Source: Gemmatimonadota bacterium | GTDB taxonomy: Bacteria; Gemmatimonadota; Gemmatimonadetes; Palauibacterales; Palauibacteraceae | Reading direction: 5' to 3' | Assembly: GCA_965116475.1 (NCBI GenBank) | Contig: OZ220691.1 | Span: 3,168,001 to 3,232,000 of the forward strand | Length of the DNA: 64,000 nt | Part shown: positions 1 to 8,872 of the stretch, piece by piece | How the letters are laid out: the number at the start of each line of letters is the position of its first letter | How positions within the stretch are numbered: position 1 is the stretch's first letter | Notes under the pieces: model-generated | The model's input: only the letters and a program-made list of their open reading frames with translations | What the model was told of the DNA's origin: nothing | Databases searched by the model: none | Made by a program: the position numbers and the translations under genes

Positions 1-1282
1 GATACCGGGGCCGGATCTCGGGCCGGTAGGTGTTCACGTAGTACGTGCCCGGGCGCGACCCATCCGGTGCCGGCTCGCGGTAGTAGGCGAGCACGCTCTG
101 CGGCGCTTCGTAGAGCGGGATCGGACGGATCACCATCTCCGTGCGCGGCGTGGTGCCGAACCAGTCGGGCATGACGAGGGCGGCCCGCGCGTACGCCTCC
201 TCGGCCATCTGCACGATCTCACCGGGCCAGCGGAAGAACATCTCGGGGTCCGACCGCAGCCGCTCTTGAATCTCCTTCAGCTCGGAGGCGCCGAGGACTT
301 CCCGTCCAAGCGTCCGCAGTTCGTCGTGGATCCTCTCCAGCTCCGCCAGACCCCGCGCGTGGATCTCGGCCGGGGTCAGCTCGAGCGTCGTGAAGTTGCG
401 GATCATCGCCTCGTAGCAGGCGGCGCCTCCCGGCAGACCGGAGAGTCCGATCTCCGCGCCGGTGCGCGAATGCGGATAGAGTTCGTCGCGCAGGAAATCG
501 CGGAGTCTCGCATACGCCGGCCGAATGCGCTCGGAGGCGGCCTCGCGGATGCCGGCCCGGAAGTCGTGGCGCGTCCCCTCGGGCCACGCATCGAGGCGCG
601 TCCCCGCCGGGGCGTAGATCGGCCATTCCTCCACCGGCCGTTCGAGGAGGGCGTCGAGCTGCACGATCGTCCGGTTCACCGACGCGCGCGCCGCGACCCG
701 CCCCGTCTCGAGGCCGGTACGGAGATTCGAGATGTAGTCGTCGATGTAGTCCGCGAACGCGTTCCAGCGCCGGATCATGCGCTCGCCGTCGACCGGCGTC
801 TCGAGCGGCTGGGCGCCCACGATGTTGAGGAAATCGAGCTGGAATCCCTCGCGGTGGTCCACCACCCACACCTCGAGATCGCACGTCTGCTCGGCGATTT
901 CCGCCGAAAGCTGGTGGTCGAGCGCGAGATAGGTGAGCCGGTGGTCGGGCGGCAGCGACGGGAGATCGATGGCCGCGAGGGCGTCCGAGAGGGCACGAAC
1001 CTCGCGGCGGCGGTTGTTGCGCCCCGACGGCGAGAGGTCGCGCACGCGGTCGCTGAGGCGGTGTTCCCCGAGATAGGTCGCCTGCAGCGGGTTCCAGGAG
1101 AGGTAGGCGTCCCAGAAGCGGTCGCTGAGCGCCGACAGGTCGCTGGGCGGGGCGGTGTCCGGGTCCGCCGTCTCGGCCGACCCCCGCTCGCAGGCCGCGA
1201 TCCCGCCCGCCATGAGGACCACGGCCACGATCCGGCCCGCCCCTGCGCCCGTACGTCGGCTCCTGTCGCGGGTTGACGTCAT
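1..1282 (-). CDS. DUF885 family lipoprotein (partial; 3' end runs off the window start)
   Basis: Not in the ORF track; translated by hand from ATG at 1282: MTSTRDRSRR...VAVVLMAGGIAAC (lipobox), LSDRFWDAYLSWNPLQATYLGEHR, ...AYYREPAPDGSRPGTYYVNTYRP, which are DUF885-type motifs. Confidence 0.85.
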   Translation of the reverse strand, partial: MTSTRDRSRRTGAGAGRIVAVVLMAGGIAACERGSAETADPDTAPPSDLSALSDRFWDAYLSWNPLQATYLGEHRLSDRVRDLSPSGRNNRRREVRALSDALAAIDLPSLPPDHRLTYLALDHQLSAEIAEQTCDLEVWVVDHREGFQLDFLNIVGAQPLETPVDGERMIRRWNAFADYIDDYISNLRTGLETGRVAARASVNRTIVQLDALLERPVEEWPIYAPAGTRLDAWPEGTRHDFRAGIREAASERIRPAYARLRDFLRDELYPHSRTGAEIGLSGLPGGAACYEAMIRNFTTLELTPAEIHARGLAELERIHDELRTLGREVLGASELKEIQERLRSDPEMFFRWPGEIVQMAEEAYARAALVMPDWFGTTPRTEMVIRPIPLYEAPQSVLAYYREPAPDGSRPGTYYVNTYRPEIRPRY

Positions 1283-1420
1283 GCTGGTTGCTCTTGATCG
1301 TTCCGTTTGCGCGTCACGCCCGAATCTCGCCGCCCGAAAATGCGGCAGGGAAGGCGGGTCCGTAAAGGAGAGTCCACGAAAGAGCCCACGAAGGGGAACC
1401 GGAAGACCAGGGGGAACGTC

Positions 1421-1891
1421 GTGTCCGAACCGTTTTATACAGCCCGCGCGCGTCTCGAGAAGGTCGAGGGCGTCCATCGCCGGGCCCACCTCGAAGAGGG
1501 GACCGAGATCGACTTCGGCGTCCACGGACCCATCAAGTCCCACTACCGGATCGACGCGAAGGACCTCCCGCTCCCCGTCGACTACCAGGTGGCCGCGACC
1601 GGCGCCTGAATGCTGGGCACGCTCAACGGCGCACTGGAAGTGCGCGGCATCCGCCTGGCCCCCGAAGACATCACCGCCGAAGCGGAGGGGATCAACCGCC
1701 TCCGCGACCGCATGCCCACGCTGGAGGAGATCATCGTCCACTACCGGCTCCGCATCCCCGCCGAAACCCGGGAGACGGTGGAGCGCGCGCTCGCCAGCCA
1801 CGGCGCGAAGTGCCCCACCGCCCGTTCGCTCGAGGGTGCGATCAAGGTGACGTGGACCGCCGACATCGAAGAGACACCGGCCCGGTCGTGA
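1421..1891 (+). CDS. OsmC/Ohr-family protein, probable selenoprotein (in-frame TGA at 1607-1609 read as Sec)
   Basis: ORFs 1307..1609 and 1610..1891 are in one frame separated only by TGA. The joined protein reads PVDYQVAATGA-U-MLGTLNGALEVRGI...HGAKCPTARSL, with TGA at the first catalytic Cys position of OsmC. GTG start at 1421 follows a purine-rich RBS. Confidence 0.85.
1610..1650 (+). promoter_or_regulatory. Bacterial SECIS-like hairpin
   Basis: GCGCAC(1629-1634)-TGGAA-GTGCGC(1640-1645) is a perfect stem with a G-containing loop starting 25 nt after the TGA. Lower stem ATGCT(1610-1614)/GGCAT(1646-1650). Confidence 0.7.
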
Positions 1892-1905
1892 CACGGGGCG
1901 ACGAC

Positions 1906-2115
1906 ATGGTCCGCGTGTTCGAGGCGTGGGACGAGAGCGAATTCCTCGCGGCGAGGCTCGCCCTCGAGGCCGGAGACATCCCCTTCAGGGTCGAAGGGGA
2001 GTTCGCACCCGTTTCCTGGGGCCCGACCGCGGCCGCGAAAGTCCTCCGCGTACCCGCGAGCCGGCACGAAGAAGCCAGGCAAGTGATCAGCGACTCTCTC
2101 GATAGAGACCCGTAA
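1906..2115 (+). CDS. DUF2007 / putative signal-transducing small protein
   Basis: MVRVFEAWDESEFLAARLALEAGDIPFRVEGE...LRVPASRHEEARQVI fits the DUF2007 pattern. An alternative in-frame GTG at 1888 overlaps the OsmC stop. Confidence 0.7.
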   Translation: MVRVFEAWDESEFLAARLALEAGDIPFRVEGEFAPVSWGPTAAAKVLRVPASRHEEARQVISDSLDRDP

Positions 2116-2133
2116 CGTTGACGCCGGGCGCTT

Positions 2134-2162
2134 TTGACCGTCGAACGGTCGCGGCATAGTCT
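2134..2162 (+). promoter_or_regulatory. Sigma70-type promoter
   Basis: TTGACC(2134-2139)-17 bp-TAGTCT(2157-2162). Confidence 0.55.
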
Positions 2163-2167
2163 GCGAG

Positions 2168-2315
2168 CCGCGTCACGGAATCTGCGGGAGGGGCACTGAA
2201 CAGGCACGAACGAAAGACGGAGAAAGCCGCCAAGCCGACTCTGAAGGAGTTGATCCTGGCGTCTGAAGCCCGAACGGATTCGCTGGTGCCCACGCGCCTC
2301 GGGATTCGACAGCGG
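2168..2315 (+). ncRNA. Rod-shaped structured RNA, 6S RNA-like
   Basis: Nested complementarity: CCGCGTC/GACAGCGG, GAATCT/GGATTC, GAGG/CCTC, GGGCACT/GGTGCCC, AGACG/CGTCT, CGACTC/GAGTTG. A purine-rich central bubble has a small CGAA-CGGA-TTCG hairpin on its 3' side. G-U pairs favour the + strand. Confidence 0.5.
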
Positions 2316-2365
2316 CCGACGCCGCAGTTCGACTCGCAGCCGGAGCACGGCCCGAACGGACGAAC

Positions 2366-3895
2366 GTGAGCTTTCGGCCCCTGGACGTTGCGGCGTTCGC
2401 GGGCTTTCTGTTGCTGGTCGTCGGGGTGTCGCTGTACGCGTCGCGGGGGCGGCGCGATGCGGCGGGGTACTTTCTCGCCGGGCGCAACCTGCCGTGGTGG
2501 CTGATCGGGTTTTCGCTCATCGCCTCGAACATCTCGACGGAGCACTTCGTGGGGATGGCGGGGCGGGGCTACGACATCGGCCTCGCGATCGCGAGCTACG
2601 AGTGGATGGCGGCCGTCACCCTCGTCCTCGTCGGACTCTTCTTCCTGCCCCGGTTCCTCGCGGCCGGGATCTACACCATCCCGGAGTACCTCGAGTTCCG
2701 CTACGACGTGGGCACGCGGACGCTGATGGCGGGCTTCATCCTCGCGGCGTACGTGCTCGTGGCCCTTGCGACCGTGCTGTACTCGGGCGCGCTCGCCCTG
2801 GAGTCGATCTTCGGGCTCGACGTGTCGGCCGGGATCTGGCTCATCGGCGTGCTCGCGGGCGGGTACACGATCTACGGCGGGCTCAAGGCGGTCGTGTGGT
2901 CGGACCTCCTCCAGGGCGTGGCGCTCCTCCTCGGCGGCGTGCTCGTCACCGTACTGGGGTTCCGGGCCCTGGGCGGCATCGGCCCCTTCCTCGAGGCGGC
3001 GGACGGGAAACTCCACACCGTCCTCCCCTGGAACCACCCGGAGATGCCGTGGCTTGCCGTGTTCATCGGCGGCCTGTGGATTCCCAACATCTTCTACTGG
3101 GGACTGAACCAGTTCATCACGCAGCGCACGCTGGCGGCGCGCAGCCTGGCGGACGGCCAGCGCGGGCTCTTCCTGGCGGGCTTCATCAAGCTGTTCATCC
3201 CGTTCATCATCATCTTTCCCGGGATCATGGCGGCGGAGCTGTTCGCCGATCAGGTGACGAACCCGGACCAGGCCTACCCGGTGATGATGCGGGAGCTCCT
3301 CCCGGCGGGGCTGACGGGGATCATGTTCGCGGCGCTGTTCGGGGCCGTGATGAGTTCGCTCGACTCGATGCTGAACTCGGCGGCGACGATCTTCAGCGTG
3401 GATCTCTACAGGCGGCACCTGCGGCCCGAGGCCTCTTCACGCCGGCTGATGGTGGTGGGACGGGTGACGACGGGCGTGCTCGTGGTGGTGGCGTGCCTGT
3501 GGGCGCCGGTCGTGGCGCGGGCGCCGAGCGTGTTCGAGTACATCCAGATGTTCTGGGGGTTCATCTCGCCGGGGATCGTGGCCGCGTTCCTGTTCGGTAT
3601 CTTCGCGCCGCGCACGCCGCCCGCCGCCGCCTTCGGGGGGATGGTGCTGGGGATCCCGGTCTACCTCCTCCTCCTGTGGCTGCTGCCGGAAGTCGCGTTC
3701 CTCCACCACATGGCGATCACCTTCCTCGCGATCAGCGCGTACATCGTGGTCGTGACCCGTGCGCGTCCGCTCGATGCTCCTCGCCGGCTGCCGCGCGCCG
3801 CGGACGGCGTGGATCTGACGCCCGCCCCGCGCGCCGGACTCCGGGCCGGAGGCGTGATCGCGGGAGCGGCCGTCCTCTACATCGTCTTCTGGTAA
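2366..3895 (+). CDS. Sodium:solute symporter (SSS/SLC5, sugar-type)
   Basis: YFLAGRNLPWWLIGFSLIASNISTEHFVG, GGLKAVVWSD, YWGLNQFITQR; many TM segments. Confidence 0.93.
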   Translation: MSFRPLDVAAFAGFLLLVVGVSLYASRGRRDAAGYFLAGRNLPWWLIGFSLIASNISTEHFVGMAGRGYDIGLAIASYEWMAAVTLVLVGLFFLPRFLAAGIYTIPEYLEFRYDVGTRTLMAGFILAAYVLVALATVLYSGALALESIFGLDVSAGIWLIGVLAGGYTIYGGLKAVVWSDLLQGVALLLGGVLVTVLGFRALGGIGPFLEAADGKLHTVLPWNHPEMPWLAVFIGGLWIPNIFYWGLNQFITQRTLAARSLADGQRGLFLAGFIKLFIPFIIIFPGIMAAELFADQVTNPDQAYPVMMRELLPAGLTGIMFAALFGAVMSSLDSMLNSAATIFSVDLYRRHLRPEASSRRLMVVGRVTTGVLVVVACLWAPVVARAPSVFEYIQMFWGFISPGIVAAFLFGIFAPRTPPAAAFGGMVLGIPVYLLLLWLLPEVAFLHHMAITFLAISAYIVVVTRARPLDAPRRLPRAADGVDLTPAPRAGLRAGGVIAGAAVLYIVFW

Positions 3896-3907
3896 GCCGC
3901 AGGAACG

Positions 3908-4873
3908 TCACCCCGCGGCGCCGTTGTGGGCGAGGAAGCGTTCGGCGTCGAGGGCGGCCATGCAGCCGGTGCCCGCCGCGGAGACGGCCTGCCGGTAGTA
4001 GTCGTCCATGACGTCGCCGGCCGCGAACACGCCGGGCACGTTCGTCTCCGTGCGCCACGGCGTGGGCATGTCGACGTAGCCGTTCTCCTTGAGGTCGACC
4101 TGGCCCTGCAGGAACGCCGTGTTGGGGATGTGGCCGATGGCCACGAACATCCCGCCCACCTCGACGTCCGACGCCTCGCCCGTCACCGTGTCCCGCAGGC
4201 GGAGGCTGGTGATCGCGTCGTCCCCGAACACCTCCTCCACGGTCCGGTTCCAGAGGAAGCGGATCTTGTCGCTGGCGAAGGCCCGTTCCTGCATGATCTG
4301 CGACGCCCGCAGTTCGTCGCGCCGGTGGATGAGGAGCACTTCGCTCGCGAACTTGGTGAGGTAGAGGGCCTCCTCCATCGCGCTGTCGCCGCCCCCCACG
4401 ACCGCGAGGACCTGGTCCCGGAAGACGGGCAGGGCGCCGTCGCACACCGCGCACGCGGACACCCCGCCGCCGCTCTGCGCGAGCCGCTCCTCACCCGGGA
4501 CGCCGAGCCAGCGCGCGTTGGCGCCCGTGGCCACGATCGCCGTCTCCGCGCGCACTTCCTGGTTCCCTGAAGAACGGAGCAGGAAGGGACGGCTCGAGAA
4601 GTCGACCTCGACGATGTCCTCGGTGAACACGCGCGTGTCGAAACGCAGCGCCTGCTTCTTGAAGTCCAGCATCATGTCGATGCCGCTAACCCCTTCGGGG
4701 AAACCGGGATAGTTCTCCACGTCCGTTGTGAACATGAGCTGTCCACCGGGGATCATGGTGCGGCTCCCGGCACCCTCGAACACGAGGGGATTCAGGCTCG
4801 CTCGGGCCGCGTAAATCGCCGCCGTCCACGCGGCGGGGCCCGAGCCAATGATGACGACGTTTTCTGTACTCAT
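3908..4873 (-). CDS. trxB: Thioredoxin-disulfide reductase
   Basis: [44 protein letters not shown]. Confidence 0.95.
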   Translation of the reverse strand: MSTENVVIIGSGPAAWTAAIYAARASLNPLVFEGAGSRTMIPGGQLMFTTDVENYPGFPEGVSGIDMMLDFKKQALRFDTRVFTEDIVEVDFSSRPFLLRSSGNQEVRAETAIVATGANARWLGVPGEERLAQSGGGVSACAVCDGALPVFRDQVLAVVGGGDSAMEEALYLTKFASEVLLIHRRDELRASQIMQERAFASDKIRFLWNRTVEEVFGDDAITSLRLRDTVTGEASDVEVGGMFVAIGHIPNTAFLQGQVDLKENGYVDMPTPWRTETNVPGVFAAGDVMDDYYRQAVSAAGTGCMAALDAERFLAHNGAAG

Positions 4874-4882
4874 CGCTCCGTA

Positions 4883-5677
4883 TCAGTTCTCGGCGGTGGA
4901 TGACGCATTCTTGGCCCGCGCCGCCTCGGCTTCCCTTCGCCGAACGGCTTCCGCGCGTGCCAGCGCGTCGTCCCGCGCCTGTTTCAAGGCGATCATCACG
5001 TTCTTTATCGAGGGCTCTCCCTCCGGGAACCTGTCCGGAGCCTGTGTCTTTTCCTCCGTCATGGCGCTTCTCCTCGTGGGATCATCCGGGCGGTCGCGCC
5101 GGTCTGCGTCAGCCGCGGTGGGCAACTCTCGGATGCGCCATCCGCTGGGAAGGAGCGGCAGGATGTCATTACGCTCCGACGCGGCGACGAGGATCGGGGA
5201 CCGGCTCGAAGTGTCGTAGACCTGCCATTCGTCTGCAATGGGGCGGTACAACTCGATGAAGTTACCCCAGCTTCGTTCGAACCGACGGCGGGCGACCGGC
5301 TCGGGAATGTCGTGACCGCCCTCGCTGACGCGCTGGGCGACCCGCCTGACGACGTGGTTCGCCGATGGCAGCCGGAGGTAGATCAACCCGATCCGGTACC
5401 CGTGCTGGCGCCACGTATCGAGGCGGCGCGCGTACGATCGGCCGCTGAGGGTCGTCTCGAAGGCGAAGTCCGTCCGTCTCGCGACGTACGATTCCATCCG
5501 CTTCAGCGCGATCCTGCCCGCCCGTTGCGCGGCCTCGTCGGGCGCGTCCGGATTCAGGCGTGCGGCGATTTCGTCGCCGTTCACGAACGGTATCTCCGGT
5601 CCCGCGAACTGCAGATACCGTCGCGAAAACGTCGTCTTGCCGGCCCCGTTCGGACCCGCGATGACCAGCACCTTCAT
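4883..5677 (-). CDS. Zeta-toxin-like P-loop ATPase/kinase with in-frame C-terminal extension
   Basis: ATG at 5677 after GGAGG; MKVLVIAGPNGAGKTT (Walker A), FAFETTLSG, RVSEGGHDIPE. Confidence 0.85.
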   Translation of the reverse strand: MKVLVIAGPNGAGKTTFSRRYLQFAGPEIPFVNGDEIAARLNPDAPDEAAQRAGRIALKRMESYVARRTDFAFETTLSGRSYARRLDTWRQHGYRIGLIYLRLPSANHVVRRVAQRVSEGGHDIPEPVARRRFERSWGNFIELYRPIADEWQVYDTSSRSPILVAASERNDILPLLPSGWRIRELPTAADADRRDRPDDPTRRSAMTEEKTQAPDRFPEGEPSIKNVMIALKQARDDALARAEAVRRREAEAARAKNASSTAEN

Positions 5678-5788
5678 CGGTCCTCCCCAACACCTCATCC
5701 ATGACGACACTCCGTCGGCTGCAAGACAATCTATCGTGGCGGCCGGTCTTGGTTGCGCGGGCGGGGCGCTTGCGGTTTCGTTCGGGTC

Positions 5789-8700
5789 ATGAAAGGACGC
5801 GGACGGGAGACGGGGGACGGAGCGCCGCACGGAGCCCGCTCCGGTGCGGCCGGCGACGCCGGAGTGCAGGGGGGCTCGGGGGCGGACGCGCCGCGCGGGC
5901 GGCCGGTGCTGCGCTCCATCCTGGGGACGGGGCAGCGGCGCTGGCTGAGGTTCGGGCTCGGGGTCGCCGTGTTCATGCTCGCGAACACGCTCTACCTGCT
6001 CGCGAACCGGCTCGCTGACGGGCTGGGGCTGGATTTCTTCGCGGTGGGGGAGAACTCGCTCCCCCAGCTCTTCCAGGCGATGGTGCTCACGCACACCGGG
6101 GTCGGGCTCCTGCTGGCCGCGGTCATGTTCGGGTTCCTCGCGGCGCACCTCCCGACGGTGTGGAAGCGGAAGCACCGCGCGTCGATCCTGACGGGGATCG
6201 GGATGGGGCTCGTGGGCGGCGTCCTCGTCCTCACGGGACTCTTCATCCTCACCGCGGCGGCGAGCCGGGAGAACAGTTGGGCGTGGTGGGCGCACGTGGG
6301 GAGCGCCGTCCTCATCGTCTCCGCCTACGCCGGGCACCGGCTGGTGAGCTACGCGCGTCCGCCGGGCGTACGGGCCTGCCGCTTCGCGCTCGCCACCGGA
6401 GCCGTCCTCGTCGTCCTCGTCGCGTGGCACAGCCTCACGCATCGCGGGCTCCAGCTCACCCCGGAGGCGGAGGCCGCGCTCGCCCAGGGTCTGAACGAAG
6501 GGCCGGGGGGCCGCGACCGCGACGTGTCGCGCTTCGTCGACGTCGACTTCGTGCCGAAAGGCCTCGTGCCGCCTGAGAGTCCGTTCTTCCCGGCCGCGAC
6601 GACGACGAGTACGGGGACGTACCTCCCGTCCCGCATCATCACCCGCACGGAGGCGGGGGAACTCGCCGCACAGACGGCCCGTGAGCGCGCGGCGCGCGTC
6701 CGCTCCGAGGTGGAACGGCGGGGGTTCGCGGCGGACGAACTCATCGGCGCCACCCAGTGCGTGCGCTGCCACCCCGACGTGACGGCCCAGTGGGCGACCT
6801 CCGCGCACCGCTTCGCCTCCTTCAACAACCCCTTCTATACCGCGACGATCGAGGACATGCGGGAGGGGTCGCTGGAGGCCGGGCCGGAGGTCATCGCGCA
6901 CCTGCGGGAGTTCGGGCTCGAGCCGGACGCGGCGGGGCGCGTGAAGAGCAAGTGGTGCAGCGGGTGTCACGATCCGGCGCTCATGCTGGCCGGGGCGATG
7001 GACGCGCCCATCGACCCCGCCACCGTCGAGGCGCAGGCGGGGCTCACCTGTCTCGCCTGCCACGCGATCGACCGCATCCACGACAACACGGGGAACGGCA
7101 ACTACAACATCGCCGACGAGCAGGAGGACCCCTACCTGTTCGCCGACGCCGAGGCCGGCACGCTCGGCGCCTACCTGCACGACGCGGCGCTCAAGGCGAA
7201 GCCCTCCGTCCACATGGGGCAGCTCCTGAAGCCGGTCCATTCGACGTCGGAGTTCTGCGCCACCTGCCACAAGGTGAGCCTCACGGAGCCGGTGAATAAC
7301 TACCGCTGGCTGCGGGGACAGAACGAGTACGACGCGTGGCACGACAGCGGGGTGGCGCGCAACGCCTCGCGCACCTTCTACCTGCCCGCGGCCGCGCGCG
7401 TGTGCCAGGACTGTCACATGCCGTGGGAGGAGGCGCCGCTGGGCGATGTCTCGGCCGAGAACGGGCGCGTGCGCTCGCACCGGTTCCTCGCGGTGAATAC
7501 GGCGCTCCCCTTCCTGCGGGGGGACACGGCGACGATCCGCCGCATCGAGGAGTTCCTGCGGGACGAGAAGCTGCGGGTCGACATCTTCGCCATCCGGCGA
7601 GGTCCCGACGACGAACCCGAGATGGGGCTCGATCTCTCGCCTCCGAGCGTGTCTCCGGGGGAGACGGTGATGTTCGAGGTCGTGGTCCGGAACCAGGGCG
7701 TGGGCCACACCTTCCCCGGCGGAACGAACGACTCCAACGAGGGCTGGCTCGAATTCGAACTGGTGGACGCCGAGGGCCGGCGTATCGCGATCAGCGGCGA
7801 GATCGGCGCGGACGGGCACCTCGATCCCACGGCGCACTTCTTCAAGTCGGTGATCCTCGACCGCGAGGGGCGGCCGATCCGGAAGCGGAACGCGCAGGAC
7901 ATCCACGTGACGGCGGCGGTGAACCTGATCGGCCCCGGGAGCGCGGACGTGGCCCACTACCGGATCACGCTGCCGCCCGACCTGCCCGAGGGCTCGCTGA
8001 CGGCGCGGGCGCGCCTCCTGTGGCGCAAGTTCGACCGCGCCTACACGGAGTTCGCCTTCGGCGCCAACCCGCAGGGGTTCGCGGAGTTCGACGACGTTCC
8101 CGACCTGCCGATCACCGAGATCGCCAGCGACGAGGTCACGATCGGCGTCGGCGGCCGCGTGGATCCGGTCTCGGCCGAGGCGCAGGACGAGGCGCGGGAC
8201 GAGGAGATCTGGGTCCGCTACAACGACTACGGGATCGCCCTCCTCCAGGAGGGGAACGACCGGCTCGCGGAGCTCCCGTTCGCGCGGGTGGCCGAGTTCT
8301 TCCCGGACCGGGTGGACGGGCCGCTCAACCTGGCGCGCATGGCGCTCATCGCCGGCAACCTCGACGACGCCTTCGACAACCTCGAGCGGGCCGAAACCAT
8401 CGAACCGGGCAACCCGCGCGTGGCGTGGGTGTGGGGCGGCGCGCACCAGGAGGACGGCGCGTACGATGCCTCCGAGGCGGCGTACCTTGCGGTGCTCGAC
8501 GCCTTCCCGGAGGATCGCGAGGCTTGGTTCCAGTTGGGACGGACGCGATACCTTGATCGGCGCTACGAGGCGGCGGTCGAGGCGTTCGACCGGACGCTGG
8601 CCATCGATCCCGAACACCGGCAGGCGCACTACAGCCGCATGCTCAGCCTGCGGGCGCTGGGACGCGACGACGAGGCGGCGCTGGGCGAGGCGGCGTTCGA

Positions 8701-8872
8701 GCGTTACCGGATCGACGAGGCGGCGCAGGCGATCACGAGGGCCTACAGGGCGGAGAACCCCGGCGTGAACCTGATGGCACAGGACATCCACACGCACGAA
8801 CTGCGGCCGATCGCACCGGCGGGAGGCACGGTGTCTCCGGATGGCCCGGCGAGCGGCCCCGGAGGTCGATGA
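5789..8872 (+). CDS. Membrane-anchored multiheme cytochrome c (5 CxxCH) with C-terminal TPR repeats
   Basis: N-terminal TM helices; CVRCH, CSGCH, CLACH, CATCH, CQDCH; GHTFPGG motif; C-terminal TPR-like helices (AWFQLGRTRY, ALAIDPEH-type). Confidence 0.85.
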   Translation: MKGRGRETGDGAPHGARSGAAGDAGVQGGSGADAPRGRPVLRSILGTGQRRWLRFGLGVAVFMLANTLYLLANRLADGLGLDFFAVGENSLPQLFQAMVLTHTGVGLLLAAVMFGFLAAHLPTVWKRKHRASILTGIGMGLVGGVLVLTGLFILTAAASRENSWAWWAHVGSAVLIVSAYAGHRLVSYARPPGVRACRFALATGAVLVVLVAWHSLTHRGLQLTPEAEAALAQGLNEGPGGRDRDVSRFVDVDFVPKGLVPPESPFFPAATTTSTGTYLPSRIITRTEAGELAAQTARERAARVRSEVERRGFAADELIGATQCVRCHPDVTAQWATSAHRFASFNNPFYTATIEDMREGSLEAGPEVIAHLREFGLEPDAAGRVKSKWCSGCHDPALMLAGAMDAPIDPATVEAQAGLTCLACHAIDRIHDNTGNGNYNIADEQEDPYLFADAEAGTLGAYLHDAALKAKPSVHMGQLLKPVHSTSEFCATCHKVSLTEPVNNYRWLRGQNEYDAWHDSGVARNASRTFYLPAAARVCQDCHMPWEEAPLGDVSAENGRVRSHRFLAVNTALPFLRGDTATIRRIEEFLRDEKLRVDIFAIRRGPDDEPEMGLDLSPPSVSPGETVMFEVVVRNQGVGHTFPGGTNDSNEGWLEFELVDAEGRRIAISGEIGADGHLDPTAHFFKSVILDREGRPIRKRNAQDIHVTAAVNLIGPGSADVAHYRITLPPDLPEGSLTARARLLWRKFDRAYTEFAFGANPQGFAEFDDVPDLPITEIASDEVTIGVGGRVDPVSAEAQDEARDEEIWVRYNDYGIALLQEGNDRLAELPFARVAEFFPDRVDGPLNLARMALIAGNLDDAFDNLERAETIEPGNPRVAWVWGGAHQEDGAYDASEAAYLAVLDAFPEDREAWFQLGRTRYLDRRYEAAVEAFDRTLAIDPEHRQAHYSRMLSLRALGRDDEAALGEAAFERYRIDEAAQAITRAYRAENPGVNLMAQDIHTHELRPIAPAGGTVSPDGPASGPGGR

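Noticed and set aside
1610..1891. Stand-alone 93-aa ORF, or a pseudogene reading of the OsmC locus
   Set aside because: It would lack the N-terminal half and first catalytic residue; the TGA position plus the hairpin favour Sec readthrough.
2161..2339. Glycine, lysine, TPP, cobalamin or SRP RNA
   Set aside because: The diagnostic conserved motifs were not found; only a superficial CTCTGAAGGAG resemblance to glycine riboswitches.
4883..8797. 1304-aa minus-strand ORF
   Set aside because: Only the last 264 aa (from ATG 5677) look like a real protein. The rest is the antisense shadow of the cytochrome gene, typical of high-GC DNA.
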